A DNA stretch of 37,256 bases from Clostridia bacterium (GTDB lineage Bacteria > Bacillota > Clostridia > Christensenellales > RUG350). The translations under genes were made by a program, and so were the position numbers. Shown piece after piece: positions 1 through 8,924 of the stretch (position 1 is its first letter; each line of letters starts with the position of its first letter). The notes under the pieces were generated by a model, which was given only the letters and a program-made list of their open reading frames with translations, searched no databases and had not been told where the DNA came from. The stretch spans positions 1 through 37,256 of the forward strand of contig JAZQYG010000177.1 of NCBI GenBank assembly GCA_045633305.1, in the 5' to 3' direction.

Positions 1-43
1 AACATAAAGGTATTCTATCCTTCTAAATTACAAATTGAACAAT

Positions 44-74
44 AAAAAAGAGGACTCATATGAGTCCTTTTTTA
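44..74. terminator. Bidirectional rho-independent terminator hairpin
   Basis: Perfect palindrome AGGACTC-ATAT-GAGTCCT (51-68) flanked by an A-run (44-50) and a T-run (69-74). It lies directly downstream of the minus-strand CDS ending at 127. Confidence 0.7.
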
Positions 75-126
75 TTGTAAATAATTTTAAAATAATACAT
101 ACTATGTTAATCTTTCTATAATCAGA

Positions 127-714
127 TTAATCTTCATAATCACATTGAATACAGCATTTTGTGCAAATATAATTCATTTCCGAATATTTTGTTTCAACCC
201 AATCATGTTCAAGTCTTTCTATTGATTCTGTTTTTTTGTAATTGCAATTCTTGCAAGTAAATATTTTCTCTCCTAGATTTTCACAGGTCGCTTTTTTATT
301 TATATAGCCTTCATCATAATGATGCTGAGTACAAAATACACTAAATTTTTGTTTTATTGAAATTTTTCCCTCAACATTTATTAATTTCCATTTTGACATA
401 TTCAAAATTTCTTTAGTTGTCAAATAATCAAATTCAACAGTATATTCATTACCAGCCACGACTTTACCTATTCTTTTAGTACCGGCACGAACAGGGTAGT
501 CATTTTGATCATAAAAGCCAATATGTATCGATAAATCGTCTATATCTATTTGTGGACGAACAATAAATGAAGGAGTTAAAGTATTTGGGGAAATTTCTAC
601 GATAATATCATTTTTATTTATTTCTTTACTGTAACTTTCATTTCTTTCTGGATTACAAGCAACAAAATTTGTAAATACTAATAATATCAAAACTATAATT
701 AAAAATTTTTTCAT
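127..714 (-). CDS. Putative lipoprotein with Cys-rich C-terminal module (function unknown)
   Basis: Signal peptide with a lipobox-like end (MKKFLIIVLILLVFTNFVAC). I prefer the ATG at 714 because the ORF-track GTG at 726 sits inside the AAAGGTG Shine-Dalgarno. The C-terminus carries CxxxH...CxxxGxxxxxCxxC...LEHxW...CxxCCxxC spacing. No family recognised. Confidence 0.6.
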   Translation of the reverse strand: MKKFLIIVLILLVFTNFVACNPERNESYSKEINKNDIIVEISPNTLTPSFIVRPQIDIDDLSIHIGFYDQNDYPVRAGTKRIGKVVAGNEYTVEFDYLTTKEILNMSKWKLINVEGKISIKQKFSVFCTQHHYDEGYINKKATCENLGEKIFTCKNCNYKKTESIERLEHDWVETKYSEMNYICTKCCIQCDYED

Positions 715-759
715 AATTATTAACACCTTTTGTACTTTTTTTAAACCATTGTTCTCCTA

Positions 760-2988
760 TTATTTCCTCTTATCTTTAAATCCGAGAAGTAGTGCGGAAT
801 TTGCGCACACTATTACGGATGAACAGTTATGAACTACTGCGCCGAGTACGGCGTTAAGTAGTCCCGTTGCAGACAGTACCACTGATACGACGTTGATTAT
901 CATTGATAAAGTTATATTGAACTTCATCTTGAATTTCATACGGCGAGCAAGTTTAACCAAAAAAGGAATTTTGGTCATATCTTCACGCATCAACGCCACG
1001 TCACTGGATTTGATTGCAACGTCATTACCCATAACGCCCATAGCAATCGAACAATCGGCAAGAGCAAGCGCCATAGCGTCGTTCACGCCGTCGCCTATCA
1101 TTGCAACTTTTTTGCCGTTTGCTTTTTCTTTTTCAATAATTTTTGCTTTATCTTCGGGTAGCAGTTGACTATATATCTCGTCTACTCCAGTTTGAGCGCC
1201 TACGCTATTTGCAACGCTTTCTCCGTCACCCGTCATCATACAAGTTTTGATAGATAGGTCTTTTAACTGCTCAATTGCACAAACTGAATCTTCTCTTATT
1301 TTGTCACCGAAATATATAAGTCCTACGACTTTTCCCTCTATTACAACGCAGGAAACCGTTTCGTTTTGTGATTGATAATCTCCAAGGTCAAATCCATAAT
1401 TTGATTTTGCATATCTTTGGTTTACAATCTCAACGTTTTTGCCATCAACTACAGCGCTAACGCCAAGACCAACGAGTGATTTCACCTCATCACACGAAAT
1501 AGCGTTTATATCTTGTTGTTTTGCATATTCGCAAACGGCACGTGCCAAAACGTGCTCGGAAGAAGATTCAACTGAAGCGCAAAGTCTTATTATCTCTTTT
1601 TCATCATATTCTAGCGCAACTACTCTACTTACTCTTACTTTACCTTCCGTTAACGTGCCCGTTTTGTCAAAGGCAACGAGGTCGATATCGGCAAGTTGTT
1701 CCATTGCTCTACCGCTTTTAATCAAAGCGCCGTTACGACTTCCGCAACCTATCGAAGCAGCAACCGCAGTAGGTACGGATAATCCGAGCGCACAAGGACA
1801 GAATACGACGAGTATAGTTATTGCTCTTTCTAAACTAATGAGGGCTGGGAGTGATAAAACTATCAAACAAAACAGGAATACTAGAGCGCTACAAACTATT
1901 GCAGAAGGCACGATATATCCCGCCCATTTGTTTGCAAGTTGAACGGTGGGAGATTTGTTTTTCTCTGCGTTTTTTACGTATTCGGCAAGTTTTGCAACTA
2001 AACTGTCTTTGGATAGCGAAGTTACTTTTACCACGAGCGCGCCGTCTAAATTCACCGTACCCGCTCTCACGATACTACCTTCCTTAACCTCTACCGGCAA
2101 ACTTTCGCCAGTTAAATTTGCTTGGTTAACGTTACTTACACCGTTTAAAACGACTCCGTCCACGGAAATATCGCTATTAGGTTTAATCATTACGACGTCA
2201 CCTATTTGTACCTCTTCGACTTTTAACTCTACGTATTCGCTACCCTTTAATACAAAAGCGGTTTTTGGAGCGATTTTTATAAGAGCCTCGATTGCCGAAT
2301 TAGATTTTTTGGTTGTGATATCTTCAATCGCCTCGCCTATTGCCATAATTACGGAAATTTCAGATGCGACGAAGAAATAATTTTCGTGATGTCCGCTTGC
2401 GTGAAGTACTCCGAGTCCGTAAAGCACGCCCATAACTAACGATGCCGTGAGGGCAACGGATATAAGTAGAGCCGAGGTTATTTTGCGTCTTTTTACAAGA
2501 TTGATAACCGCGCCTTTGTAAATAGGAAATCCACACAAAACTACAGCAATTAACCCTGGGTCTAAAAGTCTAAGTACTCCGGTTTTTTCTCCCCAAAAGT
2601 TAATATAACTAAGCACTGTGAATATCGCGGAAATTGCAATAATAGACCAAACTTTTATATTCGAATTGATTTTTTTGCTCGTTCCACAACAAGAGCAACT
2701 CTCTTTTGGCTTAGCCACTCCGCAACATGAACAAGTTTCCTCTTCTTCGTGCTTATGTGAGTGACAACAACTATTTTTTTCTTCGCGAGCATGGCTATGA
2801 CAGTGACAAGTTTCTTTCGTTTCCGCTTGCTCGTGACAGTGGCAAGATTCGTGCTCTTTTGAACCACAGCAAGATTTCTCACTATGCTCCTGCTTATGAC
2901 AACAAGATTTTTCTTCTTGTACTGCTATTTTCTCTTTTTTTTCTTCGTGAGCGTGATTACAGCAACACTTTTTTTCTTGTTCGGACAT
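760..2988 (-). CDS. Heavy-metal-translocating P1B-type ATPase (metal specificity unresolved)
   Basis: P-type ATPase motifs are all present: TGES (NLTGESLP), the DKTGTLT phosphorylation site, MTGDG and GDGVNDA. The transmembrane CPC motif is in the context VVFCPCALGLSVP. The N-terminal ~105 aa form a Cys/His/Glu-rich tail. Confidence 0.9.
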   Translation of the reverse strand: MSEQEKKCCCNHAHEEKKEKIAVQEEKSCCHKQEHSEKSCCGSKEHESCHCHEQAETKETCHCHSHAREEKNSCCHSHKHEEEETCSCCGVAKPKESCSCCGTSKKINSNIKVWSIIAISAIFTVLSYINFWGEKTGVLRLLDPGLIAVVLCGFPIYKGAVINLVKRRKITSALLISVALTASLVMGVLYGLGVLHASGHHENYFFVASEISVIMAIGEAIEDITTKKSNSAIEALIKIAPKTAFVLKGSEYVELKVEEVQIGDVVMIKPNSDISVDGVVLNGVSNVNQANLTGESLPVEVKEGSIVRAGTVNLDGALVVKVTSLSKDSLVAKLAEYVKNAEKNKSPTVQLANKWAGYIVPSAIVCSALVFLFCLIVLSLPALISLERAITILVVFCPCALGLSVPTAVAASIGCGSRNGALIKSGRAMEQLADIDLVAFDKTGTLTEGKVRVSRVVALEYDEKEIIRLCASVESSSEHVLARAVCEYAKQQDINAISCDEVKSLVGLGVSAVVDGKNVEIVNQRYAKSNYGFDLGDYQSQNETVSCVVIEGKVVGLIYFGDKIREDSVCAIEQLKDLSIKTCMMTGDGESVANSVGAQTGVDEIYSQLLPEDKAKIIEKEKANGKKVAMIGDGVNDAMALALADCSIAMGVMGNDVAIKSSDVALMREDMTKIPFLVKLARRMKFKMKFNITLSMIINVVSVVLSATGLLNAVLGAVVHNCSSVIVCANSALLLGFKDKRK

Positions 2989-3041
2989 CTTCCCTCCGCT
3001 TGTAGTTAGTTCTTTAAATTATATATTCTCGAATTCAAATT

Positions 3042-4586
3042 TTATTCTTTTTCTTCGGGAGGAGCAACAAGCCCTTCTATTCCCGCATCCATAAATCCTT
3101 CTGAATTTGCCTCGTTTTCGGTTACGGCACTCGAGTAATCAATCTCGGATACCGCAGTAGGAGCAGATTGTGATTCAACTTCCTCGCCCATTGATTCTTG
3201 TTGTTTACGTTTAACGAATTCCGCTTTTTCTTCTTTCGTCAAACTTTCAAATCTTACTTCTTCGCCTATAAAGTTGAGGTGTACTTTGCCCGTACTACCG
3301 TTTCTGTGCTTTGCTATATGCAAATCCACGAGAAGTTCGGGGTCGCCTTTTTCAGACGAGGGGTCACGCGACAAAAACAGTACGATATCCGCGTCTTGCT
3401 CGATTGCGCCCGATTCACGAAGGTCGGAAAGCAAAGGCTCTTTGTCCTTTCTTTCTACACTTTCCGTTCCACGGTTCATCTGTGAAAGTAAAATTACGGG
3501 TACTTCAAGTTCACGAGCAAGTAATTTCATCTGACGGCTCATAGTACTAACGTCGTTTTGTCTACTTTCCGATTTTTTGCCCGGTTCCATAAGTTGCAAA
3601 TAGTCCACGATTATAAGGTCAAGTTTTCTATCTTGGCTTATTCTTCTACATTTGCTCATTATATCCAAAGGATTGGTATTTGCCGTGTCGTCGATATAGA
3701 TACTTGCCTCGCTCAATTTCTTATGAGTTTCCACGAGTCTTCTAGTCTCAACTGCTGTCAAATTGCCTGCTTTTACGTTGCTCATACTAATTCTACCGAC
3801 TGAACAGTACATTCTTTGTACGAGTTCTTCGCCCGACATTTCAAGGTTAAATATTGCAACTTTTGCATTAACTTTGGGGTCTAAAGCCGCGTTAGTTGCG
3901 ATATTCAAAGCAAACGCCGTTTTACCTATACCGGGACGAGCAGCAAGTACTATAAGGTTGGATTTTTGCAAACCGTTGGTGATATAGTCGAACTGACTGA
4001 ATCCAGTCTTGAGTCCACTCATACCTTTGCCATTTATACATCTTTGCTCTATCATACCGAGAGTTTTTCCCGAAACCTCAGATATGGATTTGAGCGAACC
4101 TTTTTGTTTTTCCGCAGTTACGTCGTATATCGTCTTTTCTGCAAATCCTACCGCTTGGTCTGCTTTGGGATTTTCGTAAACGTTAGTAATTATCGAACTT
4201 GCGCCTTTTATGAGGTTACGCAAAACTGCGTTCTCTTTTACGATTCCGATATAATACTCGTAATTTGCCGAAGAAGGAAGAACGCTCGTCAATTGCGTAA
4301 CGTAAGCAACGCCACCAACTTTATCAATCGTGTTATCTTGCTCCATCTTACCTGACAAAGTGATAAAATCTATCGGTGTGCCCGTTGCGTAAAGGGCGCT
4401 CATTGCGCTAAATATGTATCTATGACTTTCAGCGTAAAAATCGTTTTCGTTGAGCATAGTTAGTACCGCGCCCGCCGCCTCGTTATCAAGCAAAGCGCAA
4501 GCCAAAGTACATTGTTCTGCGTCAATATTGTAAGGAAGTTTTCTTCCTTGCAAGTTTTCGTTTTTTGCGTTAACTTTATCAGCCAT
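3042..4586 (-). CDS. dnaB: Replicative DNA helicase DnaB
   Basis: Walker A ARPGIGKTAFALN, IIVDYLQLM, LSQMNRG and HRNGSTG motifs, plus a typical N-terminal domain (PYNIDAEQCTLACALLD). I place the start at MADKV (ATG 4586) after a GGAG-rich stretch. The longer ORF-track start at 4622 would overlap the upstream gene by 44 nt. Confidence 0.92.
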   Translation of the reverse strand: MADKVNAKNENLQGRKLPYNIDAEQCTLACALLDNEAAGAVLTMLNENDFYAESHRYIFSAMSALYATGTPIDFITLSGKMEQDNTIDKVGGVAYVTQLTSVLPSSANYEYYIGIVKENAVLRNLIKGASSIITNVYENPKADQAVGFAEKTIYDVTAEKQKGSLKSISEVSGKTLGMIEQRCINGKGMSGLKTGFSQFDYITNGLQKSNLIVLAARPGIGKTAFALNIATNAALDPKVNAKVAIFNLEMSGEELVQRMYCSVGRISMSNVKAGNLTAVETRRLVETHKKLSEASIYIDDTANTNPLDIMSKCRRISQDRKLDLIIVDYLQLMEPGKKSESRQNDVSTMSRQMKLLARELEVPVILLSQMNRGTESVERKDKEPLLSDLRESGAIEQDADIVLFLSRDPSSEKGDPELLVDLHIAKHRNGSTGKVHLNFIGEEVRFESLTKEEKAEFVKRKQQESMGEEVESQSAPTAVSEIDYSSAVTENEANSEGFMDAGIEGLVAPPEEKE

Positions 4587-5292
4587 CGTCCTCTTCTCCT
4601 TTTTTGCTTTTTTTGTAAGCAATTATACCAAATCCCGTTGCAATTATGACTGCAACCGCAATAAGCGCAACGAGATACCATCCCGTTTGGTCGGGAACGG
4701 TTTGTGTTATAGTAATGGTGGAGTGCTCCGCCTCAAGTGCGGAAAACTTCCAGTAATGAGTGTATAATTCACCCTCTATTCTCTCTCCGTCCGACGTTAT
4801 ATTCGCGTAGGGAGTGGAATATCTGTATTCATAAACGACTTCGTCTAGTTTGCTCTCGTCAACAAGAGGAAAACTATCCTCCAAGATTTTGTTCGGAAAA
4901 CCTTGAGAAATCGCTCCACTAAACGGACTAGCGGATTGATTTTCGTATACGTCGAAGAAAAATCCGTCACGAGTTGGAATATTTTCAGTATCTTGTTGCT
5001 CCGTCCTTTCCTTGAAATCGGCGTGGGTTGGATAATACTTCCTACCTATCACGCACTCTCCCTCGCTTGAAACTACCTCGTATCCGTTTAAATTAAAATA
5101 TTTCGTTATTTTCTCTTTTACGTATTCGACGCTATATCCGTAAGAATTAACTTCATCTTTATCGAATTTTACCGTTACGATATCTTCAATGGACGAATCC
5201 TTATTAATTCTCCTTTCCGCGCTCACCGTTACGCAACCGCAAAGAAAACTAGCGCACAAAATGAATATTAGTAAAATTACGAATTTTTTCAT
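4579..5292 (-). CDS. Putative lipoprotein with C-terminal transmembrane anchor (unknown function)
   Basis: N-terminal MKKFVILLIFILCASFLCGC (signal peptide plus lipobox-like LCGC). C-terminal hydrophobic helix GWYLVALIAVAVIIATGFGIIAY followed by KKSKKGEEDDG. Confidence 0.6.
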   Translation of the reverse strand: MKKFVILLIFILCASFLCGCVTVSAERRINKDSSIEDIVTVKFDKDEVNSYGYSVEYVKEKITKYFNLNGYEVVSSEGECVIGRKYYPTHADFKERTEQQDTENIPTRDGFFFDVYENQSASPFSGAISQGFPNKILEDSFPLVDESKLDEVVYEYRYSTPYANITSDGERIEGELYTHYWKFSALEAEHSTITITQTVPDQTGWYLVALIAVAVIIATGFGIIAYKKSKKGEEDDG

Positions 5293-7067
5293 TATATCTC
5301 TTTTTTGAGCATATCAAGCGCCCATTTGAATTCCTTCATTGCGTAATCAAAACTTTCCTGCTCTTTTAAGTTTACGCCCGCTAATTCAAGTATTTCAAGA
5401 GGTGATTTACTTCCGCCCGCTTTAAGAAAATTCATATATCCTTCAAGAGCGTTAGGCTCGTTTAAAATTTTTGACGCTATAGATACCGCGCTTATCATAC
5501 CAGTTGCATATTTATATACGTAAAACGCTCTATAAAAATGAGGTATTCTCGCCCACTCGTACGATATAAGTTGGTCGTGTTTTACCGCGCTACCATAAAA
5601 TTTTCTATTGAGTTTAAGGTAGTATTTACACAACTTTTGAGGAGTAATCGCATCTCCCTTTTCTATAAGTCCGTGCGCAAAGCGTTCAAATTCAGAAAAC
5701 ATAGTTTGACGAAAGACGGTAGTTCTAAACATATCCAAGTAATAGGACAATAAATATTTTTTGAGTTCCTTATTCTCGGTGTTTTTGAGTAAATACTTTA
5801 TAAGAAGAACTTCGTTTACCGTGCTTGCTATCTCTGCAACGAAAATAGAATAATCGGCTGAAGCGTGGTGATTATTTGCATTAGAATAATGCGAGTGCAT
5901 AGCGTGGCCAAGTTCGTGCGCTATGGTAAACACGTCGTGCGTAGTTTTGTTGTAATTGAGTAAAACGTAGGGGTGAACTCCGTAAGTTCCCCAGGAATAA
6001 GCGCCACTTCTTTTTCCTTGATTTTCGTAAACGTCTATCCAACCTTTAGTAAACGCCTCGTCCAAAAGTTTTGCATACTCATCGCCAAGTGGACTAAGGG
6101 CGGATTTTACGAGTTTAGTCGCCTCTTCGTACTCAAGCGCAAGTTCGGCTTTCTCCGTAATAGGAACGTACATATCGTACATTGCCATACTATCTAAATT
6201 CAATAACGATTTACGCAAAGCAACGTACTCGTGCATATAAGCCATATTAGATTCCAAACTCTTAACGAGCGCGTTATACACCTCGATAGATATATCGTCT
6301 CCGTCAAGAGCGCGAGATAGCACTGAATCGTATTTGCGTACTTTAGCGTAAAAAACGTTCTTTTTTACGTTACCTGCGTACACCGCCGAAAGAGTATGAA
6401 TATGCTCTTTATACGCATTAAACATCTTGCGGTATGCTTTACGTCTAACCGTTCTATCACGACTTTGCAAAAGTTTGCTATAAGTGCCGTGAGTTACCGT
6501 TACTTTTTCCTCTCCCGATTGAACCGTTCCAAATTTTACGTCCACGTTATCGAACATGCCGAAAATTTCTCTAAAATCTCCTGCAAAACTACCCGTTCCC
6601 GCCAAAAGTTCTTCTTCTCTTGCCGATAAAACGTGCGCTTTACTTCTGACTAATTCCATAAGAGAGTATCTAAAAGGCTCGCCTTCTTCACTATTTGCAA
6701 TAGAGGAAAGTAATTCGTCTGATAGCGCTGTGAGTTCGGGAATAATAAAAGAGGTGTTTTCCGAAAGTTTAACAGAAAGCATTTCAATTCTGCTTTTCAT
6801 AGCGTTATACTTTTCAACCGAGCCGTCCTCGTCCGCCCTCATTGACGCGTACACGTAAAGTCTTTCGAGAAGTTGACCTATTTCGTCCTCTTTATATAAG
6901 CACTCGAGCACGATTTTTTTACCAGTGAGTTTGCCACGATATTTTGCGCAATCGTTTACTTTTTTTGAAAGAGAGGAAAAATCTTTTTCCCACGCCTCGT
7001 CCGTTGCATAAATATCTTCGAGTTTCCATTTGTCTTGAGTATTGATGCTCTCTCTTTTTACTGCCAT
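5292..7067 (-). CDS. pepF: Oligoendopeptidase F (M3B family metallopeptidase)
   Basis: HELGH zinc motif (IAHELGHAMH), ~590 aa length, and overall PepF-like sequence (YSWGTYGVHPYVLLNY, FVAEIASTVNE). Confidence 0.88.
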   Translation of the reverse strand: MAVKRESINTQDKWKLEDIYATDEAWEKDFSSLSKKVNDCAKYRGKLTGKKIVLECLYKEDEIGQLLERLYVYASMRADEDGSVEKYNAMKSRIEMLSVKLSENTSFIIPELTALSDELLSSIANSEEGEPFRYSLMELVRSKAHVLSAREEELLAGTGSFAGDFREIFGMFDNVDVKFGTVQSGEEKVTVTHGTYSKLLQSRDRTVRRKAYRKMFNAYKEHIHTLSAVYAGNVKKNVFYAKVRKYDSVLSRALDGDDISIEVYNALVKSLESNMAYMHEYVALRKSLLNLDSMAMYDMYVPITEKAELALEYEEATKLVKSALSPLGDEYAKLLDEAFTKGWIDVYENQGKRSGAYSWGTYGVHPYVLLNYNKTTHDVFTIAHELGHAMHSHYSNANNHHASADYSIFVAEIASTVNEVLLIKYLLKNTENKELKKYLLSYYLDMFRTTVFRQTMFSEFERFAHGLIEKGDAITPQKLCKYYLKLNRKFYGSAVKHDQLISYEWARIPHFYRAFYVYKYATGMISAVSIASKILNEPNALEGYMNFLKAGGSKSPLEILELAGVNLKEQESFDYAMKEFKWALDMLKKEI

Positions 7068-7762
7068 TATTTATCCTCTTCAACGTCTTTAGAGTCGCTT
7101 TTTATATCGTCACGCAACTCCATATCTTCTAATTTTTCCAGTTTTTTGTTCTTTACGACGTTATCAACAATCATAACCACGTCCATATCAACGTGTTCCT
7201 TCATACTATCAAGCATTGATTCAATATCTTCTAAACTTGCCGAATTCTTTTGGATAACCTCATAACCAGACAAAACGCCACCTTTTTGACAATACAAAAC
7301 CTTGTCTCCTATCTCCATATCTATCTCTTTTTCAGAGTCAAGGTACGCTTTGCCTATTATATCCCTTCCTTTTTTATTTAATCCTTCGTAGAAAAGCAAT
7401 CCGTTCAAATCTACTCCGTCAATCGTCGTTTTTGCCTCGTCCATACCCATAAATATAGCAGTTATGGGTTTATCTTCACCTCTGGTGACTGAGGCGTACA
7501 ATTTTAAATAACCTCGACACATACGAAAAGGAAGTCCTATAAAAAAGGTCATAAACCACAAATACGCAACTGTAATTACTACCGCTAAAACGCGATGAAT
7601 AGAATCATTTCCTTTCGGGTCGTACGGCATAGCGCGACGCCACACCAAAATTAAAGCGAATAACGCTACCCACAAAAAAGTGACTATAGCAATAACCCAC
7701 TTGAAACGTTTGTACTTTTCTTTTGCTTTTTCGTATTCGTCACAGCTGTATAATTGAATCAT
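7067..7762 (-). CDS. Membrane protein, unknown function
   Basis: Two predicted transmembrane helices (WVIAIVTFLWVALFALILVW, VLAVVITVAYLWFMTFFIGL), then a soluble domain with an acidic tail. The start overlaps the upstream stop by 4 nt and the stop overlaps the pepF start by 1 nt. Confidence 0.55.
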   Translation of the reverse strand: MIQLYSCDEYEKAKEKYKRFKWVIAIVTFLWVALFALILVWRRAMPYDPKGNDSIHRVLAVVITVAYLWFMTFFIGLPFRMCRGYLKLYASVTRGEDKPITAIFMGMDEAKTTIDGVDLNGLLFYEGLNKKGRDIIGKAYLDSEKEIDMEIGDKVLYCQKGGVLSGYEVIQKNSASLEDIESMLDSMKEHVDMDVVMIVDNVVKNKKLEKLEDMELRDDIKSDSKDVEEDK

Positions 7763-8589
7763 TTTTGCTCCTTTTTATTACGCTTTTTTACCGACGCCTC
7801 GTACACAAGTACGGTTGCAGCAACTCCAACGTTAAGAGAATCACACTTGCCGTACATAGGAATTGACACCATTTCGTGTTTAAAATCGTACCATTTTCGG
7901 CTTATTCCATATCTTTCACTTCCCATAACGAAGGCTGTTCGCGCAGGATAATCGCAATCGCAATAACTATTCGTTGCTCTCGTGTCGGCAAGATAAACGA
8001 CGTAGCCTTTTGACTTTAACAAATTATAACAATCCTCTTCCGTTTCAAACTCGTACATAGGTACGGTAAGCACCGCGCCTTGACTACTCCTTATTAGTTT
8101 GGGATGAGTAAGCCTTGCTTTACGATTACAAATAAATACCGCCTCAACTCCCGCTCCGTCACACATACGTAACATCGTTCCTACGTTACCAGGAATTTCT
8201 ATCCCGTCAAGTACAAGAACTACGGATTCTTTTTGAGGTTTAAATTCTTCCTTTTTTGAAATTTTGAGTTCGGCAAGAATAAGTATACCGTCTGAATTTG
8301 CCTTCTCGCTAACCTTTTCAAAAGTTTTTGCAGAAATCAAATACCGCTCCTCGCATTTAGCCCCCAGCGCGTTGATAAGATTTTCCTCTTCTTCCGTTCT
8401 AACTAATTCTTCGCATATAAACAAAGCGCGAACTTTAACGTTATTTTCCAGTATCATTTTTCCTAGCCACAAGCCCTCTCCCACGAATAATTTTTCGGGG
8501 TTAGGTTTGGTGTTGGATATAATACCTTTTAGCCACTTGACGTTTGGATGTTGTTCGCCTATTGCTTGAAATCTTTTTACAAGTTCCAC
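7759..8589 (-). CDS. TrmH/SpoU-family RNA 2'-O-methyltransferase
   Basis: SpoU motifs are GNVGTMLRMCDGAG, FVMGSERYGIS and IPMYGKCDSLNVGVAATVLVYE. GTG start with a TAGGAG Shine-Dalgarno. Confidence 0.82.
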   Translation of the reverse strand: MELVKRFQAIGEQHPNVKWLKGIISNTKPNPEKLFVGEGLWLGKMILENNVKVRALFICEELVRTEEEENLINALGAKCEERYLISAKTFEKVSEKANSDGILILAELKISKKEEFKPQKESVVLVLDGIEIPGNVGTMLRMCDGAGVEAVFICNRKARLTHPKLIRSSQGAVLTVPMYEFETEEDCYNLLKSKGYVVYLADTRATNSYCDCDYPARTAFVMGSERYGISRKWYDFKHEMVSIPMYGKCDSLNVGVAATVLVYEASVKKRNKKEQK

Positions 8590-8862
8590 AATCTATACTC
8601 CTATACATAATACATTGTAACATAACAAACTAAAAAAGAAAACTATTTTGACCTTTTTTATTATTACGTATAATTATTTATTTTAAAAATATAAACTATA
8701 AAAGTTCGTATATTTATTTGATTTTTGAATAAAAAACGCAAGTATTTTAAATCCTATTATCTTCGTTTTACCTTGTTTCTTTTAAGCAAATCTCCATTAA
8801 TTTTTAAAAATTATTTTATTTTGAAAAATATTAAAATTTATCCTACTTTTTTTGCGCAATAC

Positions 8863-8891
8863 TTGTTTAAATTTAACATCTATGATATAAT
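8863..8891 (+). promoter_or_regulatory. Sigma-A-type promoter for the GH94-like gene
   Basis: TTGTTT (8863-8868), a 17 nt spacer, then extended -10 TGaTATAAT (8883-8891). The GGAGGGG Shine-Dalgarno is at 8911-8917, before the ATG at 8925. Confidence 0.6.
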
Positions 8892-8924
8892 TTTTTTATA
8901 ACAATCAATCGGAGGGGAAATCTA

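Noticed and set aside
893-2380. Long plus-strand ORFs (91, 167, 66, 78 and 144 aa) antisense to the P-type ATPase gene
   Set aside because: They lie entirely inside a CDS with unambiguous motifs on the other strand, have no Shine-Dalgarno, and translate to low-complexity S/T/A/L-rich sequence typical of shadow ORFs.
3198-4355. Several plus-strand ORFs (74-129 aa) antisense to dnaB, and ORF 4460-4681 spanning the dnaB/lipoprotein junction
   Set aside because: These are shadow ORFs of a well-supported helicase gene, with no ribosome binding sites or recognisable domains.
4587-4622. Longer N-terminal extensions offered by the ORF track. The affected genes are dnaB (4622), the first lipoprotein (726), rpmE (31679), yitT-like (32808), ferritin-like (34199), niaR (34934), nadB (37009) and gpsA-like (23521).
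   Set aside because: In each case the extended start is a GTG or TTG lying inside the Shine-Dalgarno or the -10 box, or it overlaps the upstream gene. A downstream ATG has proper Shine-Dalgarno spacing and a family-typical N-terminus.
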